64,000 bases of DNA from Eledone cirrhosa (GCA_964016885.1 OZ024745.1:55366001-55430000), one strand, 5' to 3'; numbered from the stretch's first letter, positions 1 to 11,749 are shown. The notes: generated by a model not told the origin, from the sequence alone. Numbers and translations: made by a program.

Positions 1-70
1 CAATGTTTGAATATGTATTGGTATGTCTCTCGGCTGAAAAGGAGGTCATATAACTGTCCATGCATTAATA

Positions 71-125
71 AATTGCTCCGAAGAATCCAAACCTCGGTTT
101 GGAGGAAACAGCTGTAAGCACAATA
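71..125 (+). ncRNA. Type I minimal hammerhead ribozyme (CCGAAGA core variant)
   Basis: tgct-CCGAAGA-a tccaaacc tc ggtttgga g-GAAA-cagctg-TA-agca. Stem I is tgct/agca, stem II is 8 bp, helix III is the palindrome ACAGCTGT, cleavage triplet GUA. A (TA)n tract follows at ~164. Confidence 0.7.
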
Positions 126-197
126 ATGTTTTGAACAGTTCTTTGATTCATATATTTCATATGTATATATATATATATATGTAAGTATCCACACGGG

Positions 198-228
<31 letters not shown>

Positions 229-283
229 TCATACATACAAACACATATATACACATACATATGTACTTGTGGGTTATATTGAA

Positions 284-335
284 CGAGTAATTTTGGGGAG
301 GTGAAAGTCGATTAAATCGACCCCTGTACGTTACT
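284..335 (-). mobile_element. tRNA-derived SINE, 3' part (interrupted by LINE insertion)
   Basis: gtaattttggggaggtgaaagtcgattaaatcgaccc matches the intact copies at 54810-54860 and 55053-55105. The sequence resumes at 2877 after the LINE. Confidence 0.75.
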
Positions 336-1443
336 TGTTATTCTTAAGGGTTTTTATGGCCAAGCGGACTTCCTTCTCGGTGAAGTCATCAGTATTGATA
401 GGCAACAAACTTGTAGGTTCCTTAGTGTCTGCTGGCACACGTGGCTCCGGTCGCTTGAGGACTTCCTTGAAATGTTCAGCCTATCTGACTAACTTTTCTT
501 CACTCTTGGAAAGCAGCGTACAATCTTTCCCTTTCACCGGGCCTGAGTTAGCTCTAGAGCTGCCGGTGATTTTCTTGGCAATTTGGTACACAGAGCGCAT
601 GTCATTGCGTGCCGCATCTGCTTCCGCCTCATCTGCCTTACCCTCAAACCACATTCGTTTGTCCTTTGGGGCGCTGCGTTTCACCTCCTTGTCCTTGTCA
701 ACATACTGCTGATATACCTTGATGGCCTCTGGGGTAGTGGCATACCTCTTCTGGTGTAGGGCTTTCCTTTCATTAATCAGCTGCCAGGTGTTGTCGCTGA
801 CCCAAGCTTCTCTGAGGGACTTCCTGTAGCCCAGAATTTCTTCCCCTGCAGCTTCCATGGTCTTCTTCATTTCCTCCCACCAATTGACCGAGCCTGGTAC
901 AGACTCCTCAAGGACAGCAAATCTGTTCCTCAAAGCAGCCTCGAACTGTGCTTCTGTGTCACCGTTCTTCAGCTTGGTAGTGTCAAAAGGCCTTGTAGTG
1001 AGTGCTCTCTTCTTCTGATTCCTCAGACTGATTTTAAGTTTGGTAACAGACAGATAGTGGTCACTGCATACATCTGCGCCCCGGTAGACTCGGACATCCT
1101 GCAGGCAAGGAGCTCTCCAACTTGGGCCAATCGCAATGTGGTATATTTGCGTCTTGGTCCTGTGGTCGTTCGAAACCCACGTGACCTTGTGGATGTTCTT
1201 GTTGTCAAATAGTGACGAGCCGATTTTCATATTGTTCATGGCACAGAACTGGACAAACCTGTCCCCGTTGTTCATGCGGTTTCCATAAGCATGGGGGCCA
1301 AGGACATGTTCAAAGCCAACCCTGCTTCCCCCGATCTATGCGTTCTTGTCTCTCATGATGATCAGGATGTCATGACGTGGGGTTTTGTTTACAACATCTT
1401 GTAGTTGCTGGTAGAAAGCGTCCTTGTCATCACCGATATGTTC
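336..1443 (-). pseudogene. APE endonuclease C-terminal half and linker of RTE ORF (inverted segment)
   Basis: KDAFYQQLQ..., NNGDRFVQFC, HKVTWVS..TKTQIYHIAI, DVRVYRGADVCSDHYL, ending AIKTLKNNK; contains in-frame stops. Confidence 0.9.
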
Positions 1444-2864
1444 GTCACCAGGTATGGATGGCATTTCTGCTGAAATGCTGAAGTCAGGAGGCGAAAGCAT
1501 GGTCAAGTGGATGGGCCACTTATGTAATATTGTGTGGAACACGGATGAAGTCCCAGAAGATTGGAGAAACAGAGCGGTTGTCCTTATTCCCAAGAAGGGC
1601 AACCTTGCCGAATGTGACAACTGGAGGGGAGTGACACTTCTCTCCATACCAGGGAAGGTCTATTGTCTGATGATCCTGAACCGCATACGTGGCATGGTAG
1701 ACCGGGAACTGCGAGAACAATAGGCAGGGTTCCGACCAAAACGTTCCTGTGCAGAGCATTTCTTTAAGGTACGCCGCATCATTGAGAGGTACAACTAATT
1801 CCAGAAGCCCCTCGCCGTCAGCTTCATCGATTTCTCCAAAGCATTCGATAGCATTCATCGACCGTCACTCTGGAGCATCATGCATGAGTATGGGGTGCTC
1901 CAGAAAGTCATTTCGGCAATCAAACAGATGTACGCAAACTCCAAGTGCTGCATACGGACAGAGGATGGTTACAGTGACTGGTTTGAGGTGGTTACTGGTG
2001 TGCGTCAGAGTTGCTCGCTCTCTCCAATTCTCTTTGCCATAGCCATTGACTGGGTACTAAGAAGAGCGTCTAAAGATGGTGGGAGAACAAAAGTTGTCTG
2101 ACCTGGACTTTGCGGACGATATTGTTGCACTTGCAGAGAGCACAGCTGACCTGCAAATCATTATGAACAATATCAATGTCGAAGCAGGAAGCTTAGGTCT
2201 CAATATCAGTGCTAAGAAGACCAACATTATGTTATCTGGGACACACCCATCACCAACTAGTGTTTTCATTGAACAGGGGGAGGTGGAGATAGTGGACAAC
2301 TTCACCTACCTAGGAAGCTCCATTGACAATGGGGGCGCCATGGACAGTGAATTGTAATGTAGAATGGGAAAGGCTTCAGCAGCATTTAACCAGCTTGTCA
2401 AGATCTGGAAGAGCAGGAAGTTCACCCTCAAAACAAAGATGAGATTCTACAACAGCAACGTGCTGTCCACTCTTAAGACCAGCCAAGATAAGAAGTTGGA
2501 CGCATTCGATTCCAGGTGTCTGCAATAGATCCTGGGGATTAAATGGAGTGACCATGTAACAAACCAGGAAGTCAGGAACCGCACCAACCAGCAGCTAGTC
2601 TCTCTGCCATCTGCAAGCGACGCCTGGGCTAGGTTTGGGCACGCTTTGAGACTTCCCTTGGAGAGACTGGCGAACCAAGTACTTAAATGGAGCCCACATG
2701 GAAGCAGACGGAGAGGGCGACCCAAAATGAACTGGCGTCAGACAGTTGAGAGGGTCCTGCGAGCGACAAACAGACAATGGCGGGACGCTGTGCAACTGGC
2801 TGCTGACCGAACGCGGTGGAACACTATGATTACCTCATGCGTCGCAAGACGCGGGAGCTTCTGA
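1444..2864 (+). pseudogene. Reverse transcriptase and C-terminus of RTE ORF
   Basis: SPGMDGISAEMLK, PKKGNLAECDNWRGVTLLSIPGK, GVRQSCSLSPILF, LDFADDIV, FTYLGS, RRRGRPKMNW..DRTRW; stops and frameshifts present. Confidence 0.92.
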
Positions 2865-2876
2865 GTCTGAGTCTGA

Positions 2877-3024
2877 GTACGTTACTGGTGATTTATTTTA
2901 TCTACCCCATAAGGATTAAAGGCAAAGATAACCGCGGGGAGATTTGAACTCAGACCGTAAAGGGCCGTATCTCTATGCTGAAAAGCAAGGTTTCCGACTC
3001 TCTACCGACACTGCCCATCCACCA
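2877..3024 (-). mobile_element. tRNA-derived SINE, 5' part (Deu/Nin-domain-like core)
   Basis: Reverse complement has a B-box (gagttcaaatc) and a core ctttgccttt-atcctt-ggggt-gataaaataaa-accag. It continues the piece at 284-335. Confidence 0.8.
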
Positions 3025-3040
3025 CTCTGATATCGAGCAT

Positions 3041-3216
3041 TAATAATTGTTTCTACGTTTGGCACAAGGTTGGCAATTATCCAGTACATTACTGGTACTT
3101 TATTTTATAAAGGCAAATTTAACCTCGACGAGATTTGAACTCAGACCGTAAAGGGGCGTAACTATGCTAGAAAGCATGGCGTCCAACACTCTACCAATAC
3201 TGCCAATTCAACGCCC
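3041..3216 (-). mobile_element. tRNA-derived SINE copy (internal deletion)
   Basis: Same family as 3956-4143; B-box seen as gatttgaactc on the + strand. Confidence 0.8.
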
Positions 3217-3450
3217 TTTACAAACGAATCGAACATTACTAATAATGTTCGATTCGTTTGTAAATAAACTGTTCGATTTGAAGCTGTGCCGGTGACTGAT
3301 CGTCACCTGTTTGTTCAACACTGGCTTTAAGGAACAATCAATATTTTTCTAGGCCATTACCCTTTATTAGGACTGTATATCTCTGCCAGCCTGTTGAACG
3401 GTTGGAAATATATAGTACACATCGGCTGAGTAGCCTCATGTGGATATGTT
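3217..3450 (-). mobile_element. Short HHR-bearing element with terminal hairpin (family shared with 14665-14945)
   Basis: 22-bp perfect inverted repeat at 3217-3238 and 3243-3264. Shares blocks tttgttcaacactg, aaggaac, ctgccag..tgttgaacg and cggctgagtagcc with the 14.7-kb copy. Degenerate HHR at 3334-3376 (CTAATAA..GAAA). Confidence 0.65.
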
Positions 3451-3664
3451 ACGAATTTGATTTTTTTGTTTTTCATTCCCTGCTTAACTAAATTCGATTT
3501 AGGTAGTTTTCTATTATTTTCTTTATTACTTACCGTATTTAAATATTATTAATGGTGTAAAAATTATATTGTACACTATTTAAATACCATTTAACATCCT
3601 TTACTTAAAGGAAAATAGATGCCTTATGTGCCTTATTAATAGGTTTTTAACACAGAACAGACCG

Positions 3665-3862
3665 GTGTGAAGTCTGAGAGGCCACTTGTATGTATATATT
3701 TAAGATGACCATCTGCATTTTCTGCCTACCACATTTCTTTCACAAGGCATTGGTCATGTCGAGCGTATTGTAGAAATCCCTTGTTGACGGTGAGAAAGAA
3801 GAATTATTGAACACTGAACCACCTTCAATCGAATTGATTTCTTTAACCAGAAAGCCATACCA
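3665..3862 (-). mobile_element. Degenerate second SINE family copy
   Basis: ttctgcctacc..cacaaggcattggtc..gtagaa..ccttg..ctgaacc..ttaacca..gccat resembles, from memory, a common octopus tRNA-SINE in reverse orientation. Confidence 0.5.
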
Positions 3863-3955
3863 ATCTCGCAAGCACACACACATACATTTCCATACATACA
3901 TGCACACGCAGTCACACTCTCCCTTATAGACAAACTTGCGCGTATTATATATACA

Positions 3956-4143
3956 GGGCGGGGATTGGCAGTATCAGTAGAAGGTCGGACGCCATGCTTT
4001 CCAGCATAGTTACGTCCCTTTACTGTCTGAGTTCAAATCCCGCCAAGGTTAACTTTGCCTTTCATCCTTATGGGGTAGATAAAATAAAGTACCAGTAATA
4101 TACTGGGTATTTGCTGGCCTTGTGCCAAAAGTAGACACAATTA
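3956..4143 (+). mobile_element. tRNA-derived SINE, near full length
   Basis: A-box-like tggcagtatcagtag, B-box gagttcaaatccc, core gcctttcatccttatggggtagataaaataaagtaccag, tail ggccttgtgccaaaagtaga. Confidence 0.85.
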
Positions 4144-6027
4144 TATATACAAATGCACACACATGTATTCATATAATCTTATAAATGTATATATATATAG
4201 CTTGGGTAACGGAGAATGCGTCAGTATGTATATAAATATGCATATTTTTAATATGTAATCATGGCAGGAAATAAGAATATTACCGTAAATTGGATCTCAT
4301 GAGAAGGTGTATATATTTACATGTTATGTCTACTTCCAAATGCAACACTAGATAAATTAAACTCTCCAAAATCTCTAGAACAATACCTTCGTTCAAAAGT
4401 AATAGTAATGACCTATGATTTCCTTTGTTTACATAACGAAAACCTGAATTATATTTGGAGTATTGCAATTGGATATTTCGTGAATATTAATTTAATATTT
4501 TGCCTGAGAGAAACACCATTTATGTAATACAAATCGAACAATTCCACTAATCATTAATTGTATTGAATATATTTGGTGCTAGATTAGTCTAGCAATGATT
4601 TTTTTTTATTAATTGCTTTAGATTTATATGTAATTAGCATTAAGTGTTAAAAGTTCGTCTAAATAATGTTATACATCCTTTATTAACTCTATTGTATTTG
4701 TGTTAAGTGGGACATTCATATTCTCATTTAAACCTGCAGCAAAGTATGATGGAATAATATAATAATAAATTACAGTTCAATACAGACAACATCTTGATAT
4801 ACCTGTCATAATAAACTCAAATATCAATGCATAGATTCCAATATGATTTATTAGAACGTATCAGTACTTATAAACTTTAATATTCTAAATTGGTAGTGTA
4901 CATGCATTACATATACTATGGCTCTTGTGCGTTAGGTGTGCCTTTCATCTATATGCCTTAGACATGTTTGTTCTAGTGTTAATGAACTCAAAACGAGGAA
5001 TGATGCATCTATAAAGAGAGTGAGCTAGATAGCAGGTTAATCACGTCAAGTTAATGAAGAATTAATAATATTGAGTAATTCAGACATAACCACGGTTCTT
5101 CGAAAACATAATTGGAATATTTTTCATACAAATAGTTTTTTGTGAGTTCTTCTGTGATTGCCCAGATCCGTTTTCTTTTATGGGGTGCTGGGAGGGAAAA
5201 CCACGATTTGAAGCATTACCTAAACAATATAGCTCATCACTGGAGACAGTTCTAGTGAGCCAATGAATATGAATATATATACCAGTGAAAACCCATCTCA
5301 AATGTGTATATTCTGGCCAAATACTTTATAAAAACTCGATGCAATTATTGGCATATATATCAGAACATATGTTGATCTGAATGGAGACTGAAATCCGATA
5401 TGACAAGTTCCATTTCAATTTTCCATAGTCTGCCATACATAATTATATTCATTTACAAACCTGATACCTGTAGTATACGAACCCTGATTAAATTATCAAA
5501 AATGAAATTTAGGAATAAAAAGTTCTCTGAATGTCAATGCATTCGTTTTGCTTGTTAAGGATTTAATATTACTCAGGGGATTGATAAATAAATGTCATCT
5601 AACATAGTAATAGACTATGACCACATTCCTTATCTATTAATGGCTAGAAACCAACACTAATTATTATATGAATGTTTGGTTACGCATGTTTGATATGATA
5701 TATGTGTTTGGCATCGATATATTTAGTTTTGATAAATTGAATATTAAGTGTAAATATTTGCTGAATTGTATCGATTTATCAGTAGGAGAAGAATAAAGGA
5801 ATACATTAAAATGATAAGGAATACATTAAAACGATTAATGAAGATATTCATCATGTCTTATAAGGTACGCGAAACATATTTCCAATAATGCGCTTTCTTA
5901 TTTTAAACAATGTGAATTCATTTGAATTTATTGTCATTTATTACAAGTTGGATGTATTCAGTCATGCGAATCAGAATTAAGTAACACGTGTCAACGTTTG
6001 TTTAATTATAATTGAAAACATTGTATG

Positions 6028-6127
<100 letters not shown>

Positions 6128-6395
6128 AGAAGAGTAAGAGGGAGACAGAGAGCTATAAGCATTTACATTTACATATACATTACACACACACGTACACACA
6201 CCCCCACGCTCGCGCGCGCACACCTACACCCACACACCCCCACACACCCACATATATATATATATATATATGTAGAAGGTGAGTTTTATTGTAGCACAAT
6301 AAAGCAATGAAAATATCGGATAAGTAGCACTCTACAGTTTGTAGGACTGGAGTATAAATAATATAAGATCAGAAGATGGTTAAAAGAGTTCCAAG

Positions 6396-6466
6396 TATTT
6401 TATTATGCGTATTTCAAAAACAAATATCATCATGGGATGATATCTGCGTTTTCATCAGATAAAATA
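6396..6466 (-). ncRNA. Hammerhead ribozyme in inverted pLTR
   Basis: Reverse complement reads tattttat-CTGATGA-long stem II-GAAA-tacgca-TA-ataaaata; one mismatch in the helix III palindrome. Confidence 0.8.
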
Positions 6467-6761
6467 GGGATACATGATATGAAGCTTAAAAAACACTTGT
6501 GAATAGTGAAGTTTTAAATCAACATATGAAAAATAATTTAAGATTGATGTATGAGATTGTGAAAAAGTGAGGGGGTGGGTTGAAAAGGTAAGGAAAAGGA
6601 GGAGATGAGAGTAAAGAATGGTGGGGGAGGAGTATAAGAAGGAAGAATGAGAGAGGAGGAGAGATGGGTGATATAGAGAGAGAAAGAGATAGCCTTTACA
6701 ACTGAGAAAAATATATATATTGTCTCACAGAGAGACATTATATTTCTATTAATAATGATAT

Positions 6762-7610
6762 ATTTCTATTAATAATAATATTCCTAAACTATTCGTTAGG
6801 GCCTTAGATAAATGCTTCCCTCTCTCACATATCTATAGTAAAATCTTTAACAAACATACAATACAATTTTCCTATTCCACCTCCTCCAACATCTCTAACA
6901 TTATCTCTAAAGACAACAATAAAATATTAAATATTAAATCACATCCTTCCTACTCTGAGCGTCATAATAATAGCAGTAGTTCTCCCGACGTCATTGTTAA
7001 CTCTAGTCTAGATTCTGTAAACTCAAATGCGACCTCAAAGGTAACTTCGTTGAATGTTCATAATACCAATCTAAATCAGGAAACTATTATTCCTATCGTA
7101 AATAACTTCTCCAATCCAATTCCTCCTATAAATAACACTAGCTCACTTGTTAATAACTCTGTTCATTTCTCTATTCGCAATTCTAATTGCCCTGTTAGAA
7201 CTAAATGTCCTCTCAATAACCATTGTCTTGATAAAAACTTAGTCTATGAATGTAAGGTTATAACTGATACTAATTCCTTTACCTATTTCGGTTCCACTTC
7301 CACCTCCTTCAAAGCTGGATTTTATAATCACAATTCGTCTTTTAAATACCAACTTAAAAGAACTAACACGGCACTCTCAGAACTCATATGGTCATTGAAA
7401 GACACAAATATTAACTATAACATCTCTTGGAGAAACGTTTATTCTGCCTCTCCCTACGTAAATGCCTCCCTATCCAGAACATGTAATCTTTGCTTAGCTG
7501 AGAAATTTAACATTATATCTAATTTCAATTCAATAATAAATAGACGCACGGATTTATTTTCTCTCTGCTTGCATAAATTCTACATAACATTCCATAAAGG
7601 TTACAGCTAA
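6762..7610 (+). pseudogene. PLE ORF C-terminal remnant: linker, Cys motif, GIY-YIG endonuclease
   Basis: Open frame ..LDKCFP..KIFNKHTIQFSYS..NNKIL..(S)NCPVRTKCPLNNHCL..NLVY..YFGST..FKAGFYNH..LSELIWSLK..CNLCLAEK..INRRTDLFSLCLHK; no 5' part. Confidence 0.88.
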
Positions 7611-8732
7611 TATCTAATACCTTACTAGTTTAAAATCCTTTTTCTCAAAGGCATATATATATATGTTTTTAAATATACCCATCTTTCTACCTTATTTCAA
7701 TATTATTTATTATGTAATATATAATACAAGTTACTCTTTCTATATCATTCCTCTTTATCACTTTCCTTTCTTCCGCTTTTCTTTTTAATTTCTAACCTCT
7801 AATCTGTACTTTTTTTCCCCAACTACTTCTCAATTCTAATTATTACTCACCACAACATTATCCATTCTTCCATCTCTCCTCATATTAATAAAAATAAAAA
7901 TTTATTATTTTTTTAATACATTATACCTTTAATCATAAGTATTACCTTTAATCGTAAACATAAACATTTTTTTTTTTTGCGTTAGATTTTTCTTCCTTAA
8001 ACTCCTTTATCTCATTCTTTCATGTTCGTTTGACTTTTACATATTGCAATACATACAAACAAACTTAAACCCTAACTAATTTATTTTAATATATTATATT
8101 ATTACCATTAGAAAATATTTCGTAAACATATATATTTTGGGATGTTAGATATTTTCTTCCTTAAACATTCTTTTCTTCTTTGCCTTCTGCGCTCACTTTT
8201 AAACAAACTATTTCCGTACACATATTATGCACACATATTACATTACATAAAAACAAATTTAAAACTAACTAATTCCTCTAAATTCATAACTCATTCATTC
8301 TTCTACATCTTTTCACATTATATCCTTAATAACATTAATATTTTAATTTTAATAATACATATTAATCATTTCTTTTCCTTGCACATATTATTAAACCCTT
8401 CAAATTACAAACCTTAATTTAATATTATCCTTAATCCCTTTTCTCTTCATGCATGAACCTCATTAACTTTTAATTTCAAATTCTTTTAAATTATCTATTA
8501 TCTTCCAACGGCTTTTTAACTTCTCTCTGTGAGACAATATATATATATTTTTCTCAGTTGTAAAGGCTATCTCTCTCTATCACCCATCTCTCCTCCTCTC
8601 TCATCCTTCCTTCTTTACTCTCATCTCCTCACTTTTTCCCAATCTCATACATCAATCTTAAATTATTTTTCATATGTTGATTTAAAACTTCACTATTCAC
8701 AAGTGTTTTTTAAGCTTCATATCATGTATCCC

Positions 8733-8803
8733 TATTTTATCTGATGAAAACGCAGATATCATCCCATGATGATATTTGTTTTTGAAATGCGCATAATAAA
8801 ATA
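8733..8803 (+). ncRNA. Hammerhead ribozyme in 3' pLTR
   Basis: tattttat-CTGATGA-aaacgcagatatcatc ccat gatgatatttgttttt-GAAA-tgcgca-TA-ataaaata. Stem I is 8 bp; helix III is the palindrome ATGCGCAT. Confidence 0.88.
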
Positions 8804-9507
8804 CTTGGAACTCTTTTAACCATCTATTGATCTTATATTATATATATATATATATATTAATTATCTATTAGTGTTTCTGTAATATCTTTTTAATGAATTG
8901 ACATATTAAGTAATTGTTAGCTTGATTTAATTCTTCACGTTCAACGTATGTTTCATTTGAGATATTAAATTTAGCAGGGTAAGGTAATGAAAGCAATCAT
9001 CAAATATCGAACGTGCTAGCTAATTGTGGTGTTCAACTATGCCACAAATAATTCATATTTTGAATTAACATAAAATTCCATACGTACATACCGAATACCA
9101 ATATTTTACTTCCAATAGAATATTGGATCGCAGTAGGATATCCATTACAATGAAACCAACTTAGACATCCTATTGATATAGTCAGTCGCAGCTGAAGATT
9201 GTAAATTTAAATATGACGTATAACGAGAAATGTAATCAAAGATGAGATCTTATTAAACAGTGGGTTGTATTATGCCAAAGCAATTACTATTCAAGACCCA
9301 ATGGGTAACATGCTAGTAAAATAATTTTATTGTCAAATGCTGCTTCAATGAAGTTTCAGCTTGGTCAGTCAATTAGGCATTAGATTGTGACCGTGAATAG
9401 TACAATAATTATTTTTCTGGAAGGAAATAGCTACTCCTAACGATAAATGTCTATACAATTTAAGTGAAGTGTGCATCCACAGCTGCTGGTTCACACATTT
9501 TGGGGAC

Positions 9508-10081
9508 TATTTGCAAAATATCACGGGAAAAGTACCTATATTGCCTATGTGGAAATATTGAAATACAAATCATTATGAAGGTATGTGTGCATGTGATTCA
9601 TTCGAGTAGTAAAATACTTGAGCACACGTATTCTTAGATAGATGTTGAAAAATGATTGCTCGTGCACTTTACTAAAACACCAGGCATATCGGAAATTGTT
9701 ACGTGCAGGGATATGCTTTCCTAATTGCATTTACCATGCATTCATAAAGGATCATGGACCTGAATAATTTACATTCACAATTTCAAATAAAACTGAATAA
9801 ATGTATTTATTTATATTTCAAAAAATGCTTTCTTGGCTTACTGAATACGATTTTAATTGCTGCATTTAAAAATATAGGTTTGGTGGCTTGATAATAACTA
9901 AAACATTAACTTGAAAAATATGTACTTCCAGTATGTTATTAATAACAACAGATATATAGCAATAAATATCTGCATGTAAGCCAACTATATTCTAGATGCT
10001 TGATATCACGAAGGATTGAAATAAATTAGTAAATGTTAAATTATTTAAAAATAAACATAAATTACATTATATATATATACA

Positions 10082-10113
<32 letters not shown>

Positions 10114-10334
10114 CGTGTGTGTGAGTATGTGTATTTATATATACATATATATATAAATGTATGTGTGTGTATGTATATGTGTGCATGTATAGAGTAGACA
10201 GAGAGAACGGGGGCAATAAAAAAGGATAATATCGACATATAATTATCATCAAAGAATGAAATTCAGACTTTTGAAAAGGAATTGGCATGTGTAAAAGTAC
10301 GGCAAAACATTAGAATCCCAGTATTATTATATGG

Positions 10335-10373
<39 letters not shown>

Positions 10374-11196
10374 TTATAAAAAGAAAGTTTCCATGTTGAC
10401 CGCTAATAGCATTAAGTAAAATTGATAATAATTGTTTCTACTTTTGACACAAAAGCCACCAATTAGCCCAGTGATTACTGACGCTTCGACTATGTAAGGA
10501 TGAAAAGCAAAGTGAACCGCGGCTGGAGTTGAACTCAGAACATAAAGGGACATACCTTTATGCTTGCAACGCATAGTGTCTGACGCTCCACCAATTAATA
10601 CCAATCTACCCAGCTTGACATCTGGTTGACACCCTCTCTTTCCTCCCCTGTCTCACTAACTCTTTTCTCTCAATCTGTATATATATATATAAGCTGACTC
10701 ACTACTACACCAAACTCACCAAAAAATAGCCTAGGCAACTCCCCTCCAACCAAACGTCCTAGGTTTGTAATATGACACTAGTAAATTATGCTGCGAGTAG
10801 CAGCTAGTGTAGTGGCTAGTCAGCTTTCGTTAGCGCCAGCACTGAATTGCGGGGGTGATTGTTGACCACAGGGATCGGGCAGGCGATTCAAAACACACGC
10901 ATTGTCCGTTCCCTTGTTGTTTCTATTTGGATTATTTTGGGCACGTAACCTTATTATATAAGGAGCTGTTTAATGATGTCACTTATTATATAAGGAGCTG
11001 TTTAATGATGTCACGGTACTGGATACATGGAATCGTGTGGCCACTATCGTCATTGACATATATAACACAGCATAACCAATAAAGGACCTTTAACATCTGT
11101 AACTAGTTCGCATTTTATCATTCTAAATATATTCTATTTTTCCCGTGTGGGAAAATGCGTCGAGTGCTTGGTTTGATTTGCATCAATGTTAGCAGT

Positions 11197-11203
<7 letters not shown>
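9508..11203 (+). repeat. Tandem segmental duplication, copy A
   Basis: Colinear with 12321-14300 from tatttgcaaaatatcac onwards; paralogous spurious ORFs 9545/12359 and 10067/12875. Confidence 0.92.
10427..10612 (-). mobile_element. tRNA-derived SINE copy (paralogue at 13258-13447)
   Basis: taattgtttctacttttgacacaa..aaggatgaaaagcaaa..ttgaactcagaac. Confidence 0.7.
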
Positions 11204-11243
<40 letters not shown>

Positions 11244-11379
11244 CAAAAGGGATATTCAATTTGTTGGTAATTTAACAAATATAAATGTTTATAACTGATT
11301 CATAACACTCAACAGTTTTTCTGGAGTATAATATTCAAATATATCTAATAAATGAAAACTATATTTATAAAACCATATT

Positions 11380-11439
11380 TATTCTATTATATATATTTCA
11401 AGGGGACCAAAATTTGGTACGCTTTCATCAGATAAAATA
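11380..11439 (-). ncRNA. Hammerhead ribozyme
   Basis: Reverse complement reads tattttat-CTGATGA-aagcgtaccaaattttggtcccctt-GAAA-tatata-TA-atagaata. Confidence 0.82.
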
Positions 11440-11591
11440 CAAACTTTGTTTCATAAATTTTGACATAACCAAGAAAAGATACCTTAACAGTTCAAGTTTT
11501 TCTATCCAAGAAAAAGTTTTCTATCCTAGAAAAACTTAAACCGTTAAGGTATCCTCTCTTAGTTATGTCAACATTAATAAAATAATCTTTG

Positions 11592-11652
11592 TATTTTATC
11601 TGATGAAAGCGTACCAAAGTTTTGGTACCCTTGAGATATATATAATAGAATA
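11592..11652 (+). ncRNA. Hammerhead ribozyme, A14G core variant
   Basis: tattttat-CTGATGA-aagcgtaccaaagttttggtaccctt-GAGA-tatata-TA-atagaata. Confidence 0.75.
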
Positions 11653-11691
11653 AATATGGTTTTATAAATATAGTTTTCATTTATTAAATGT

Positions 11692-11749
<58 letters not shown>

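Larger units (their letters stand above)
336..2876. mobile_element. RTE-clade non-LTR retrotransposon, 5'-truncated with 5' inversion
   Basis: TSD gtacgttact at 326-335 and 2877-2886; (CTGAGT)3 tail at 2861-2878. The endonuclease/linker part is on the - strand (336-~1443) and the RT part on the + strand (~1444-2864). Confidence 0.92.
6272..8842 (+). mobile_element. 5'-truncated Penelope-like element (Naiad-like) with inverted pseudo-LTR, within (TA)n
   Basis: 6359-6735 is the reverse complement of 8522-8842. It encloses a GIY-YIG ORF remnant, has an HHR in each pLTR and is flanked by (TA)n on both sides. Confidence 0.9.

Noticed and set aside
3313-3400. Hairpin-ribozyme loop-B-like motif on the + strand (AGGAACA/GTATAT)
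   Set aside because: No loop A partner; better explained as the reverse complement of an extended HHR stem I.
3956-4143. tRNA gene
   Set aside because: It has A/B boxes but no cloverleaf, and continues into a multi-copy SINE body.
5080-5460. Minus-strand 73-aa ORF and upstream sequence as a host exon
   Set aside because: Stops in all upstream frames and no recognisable homology.
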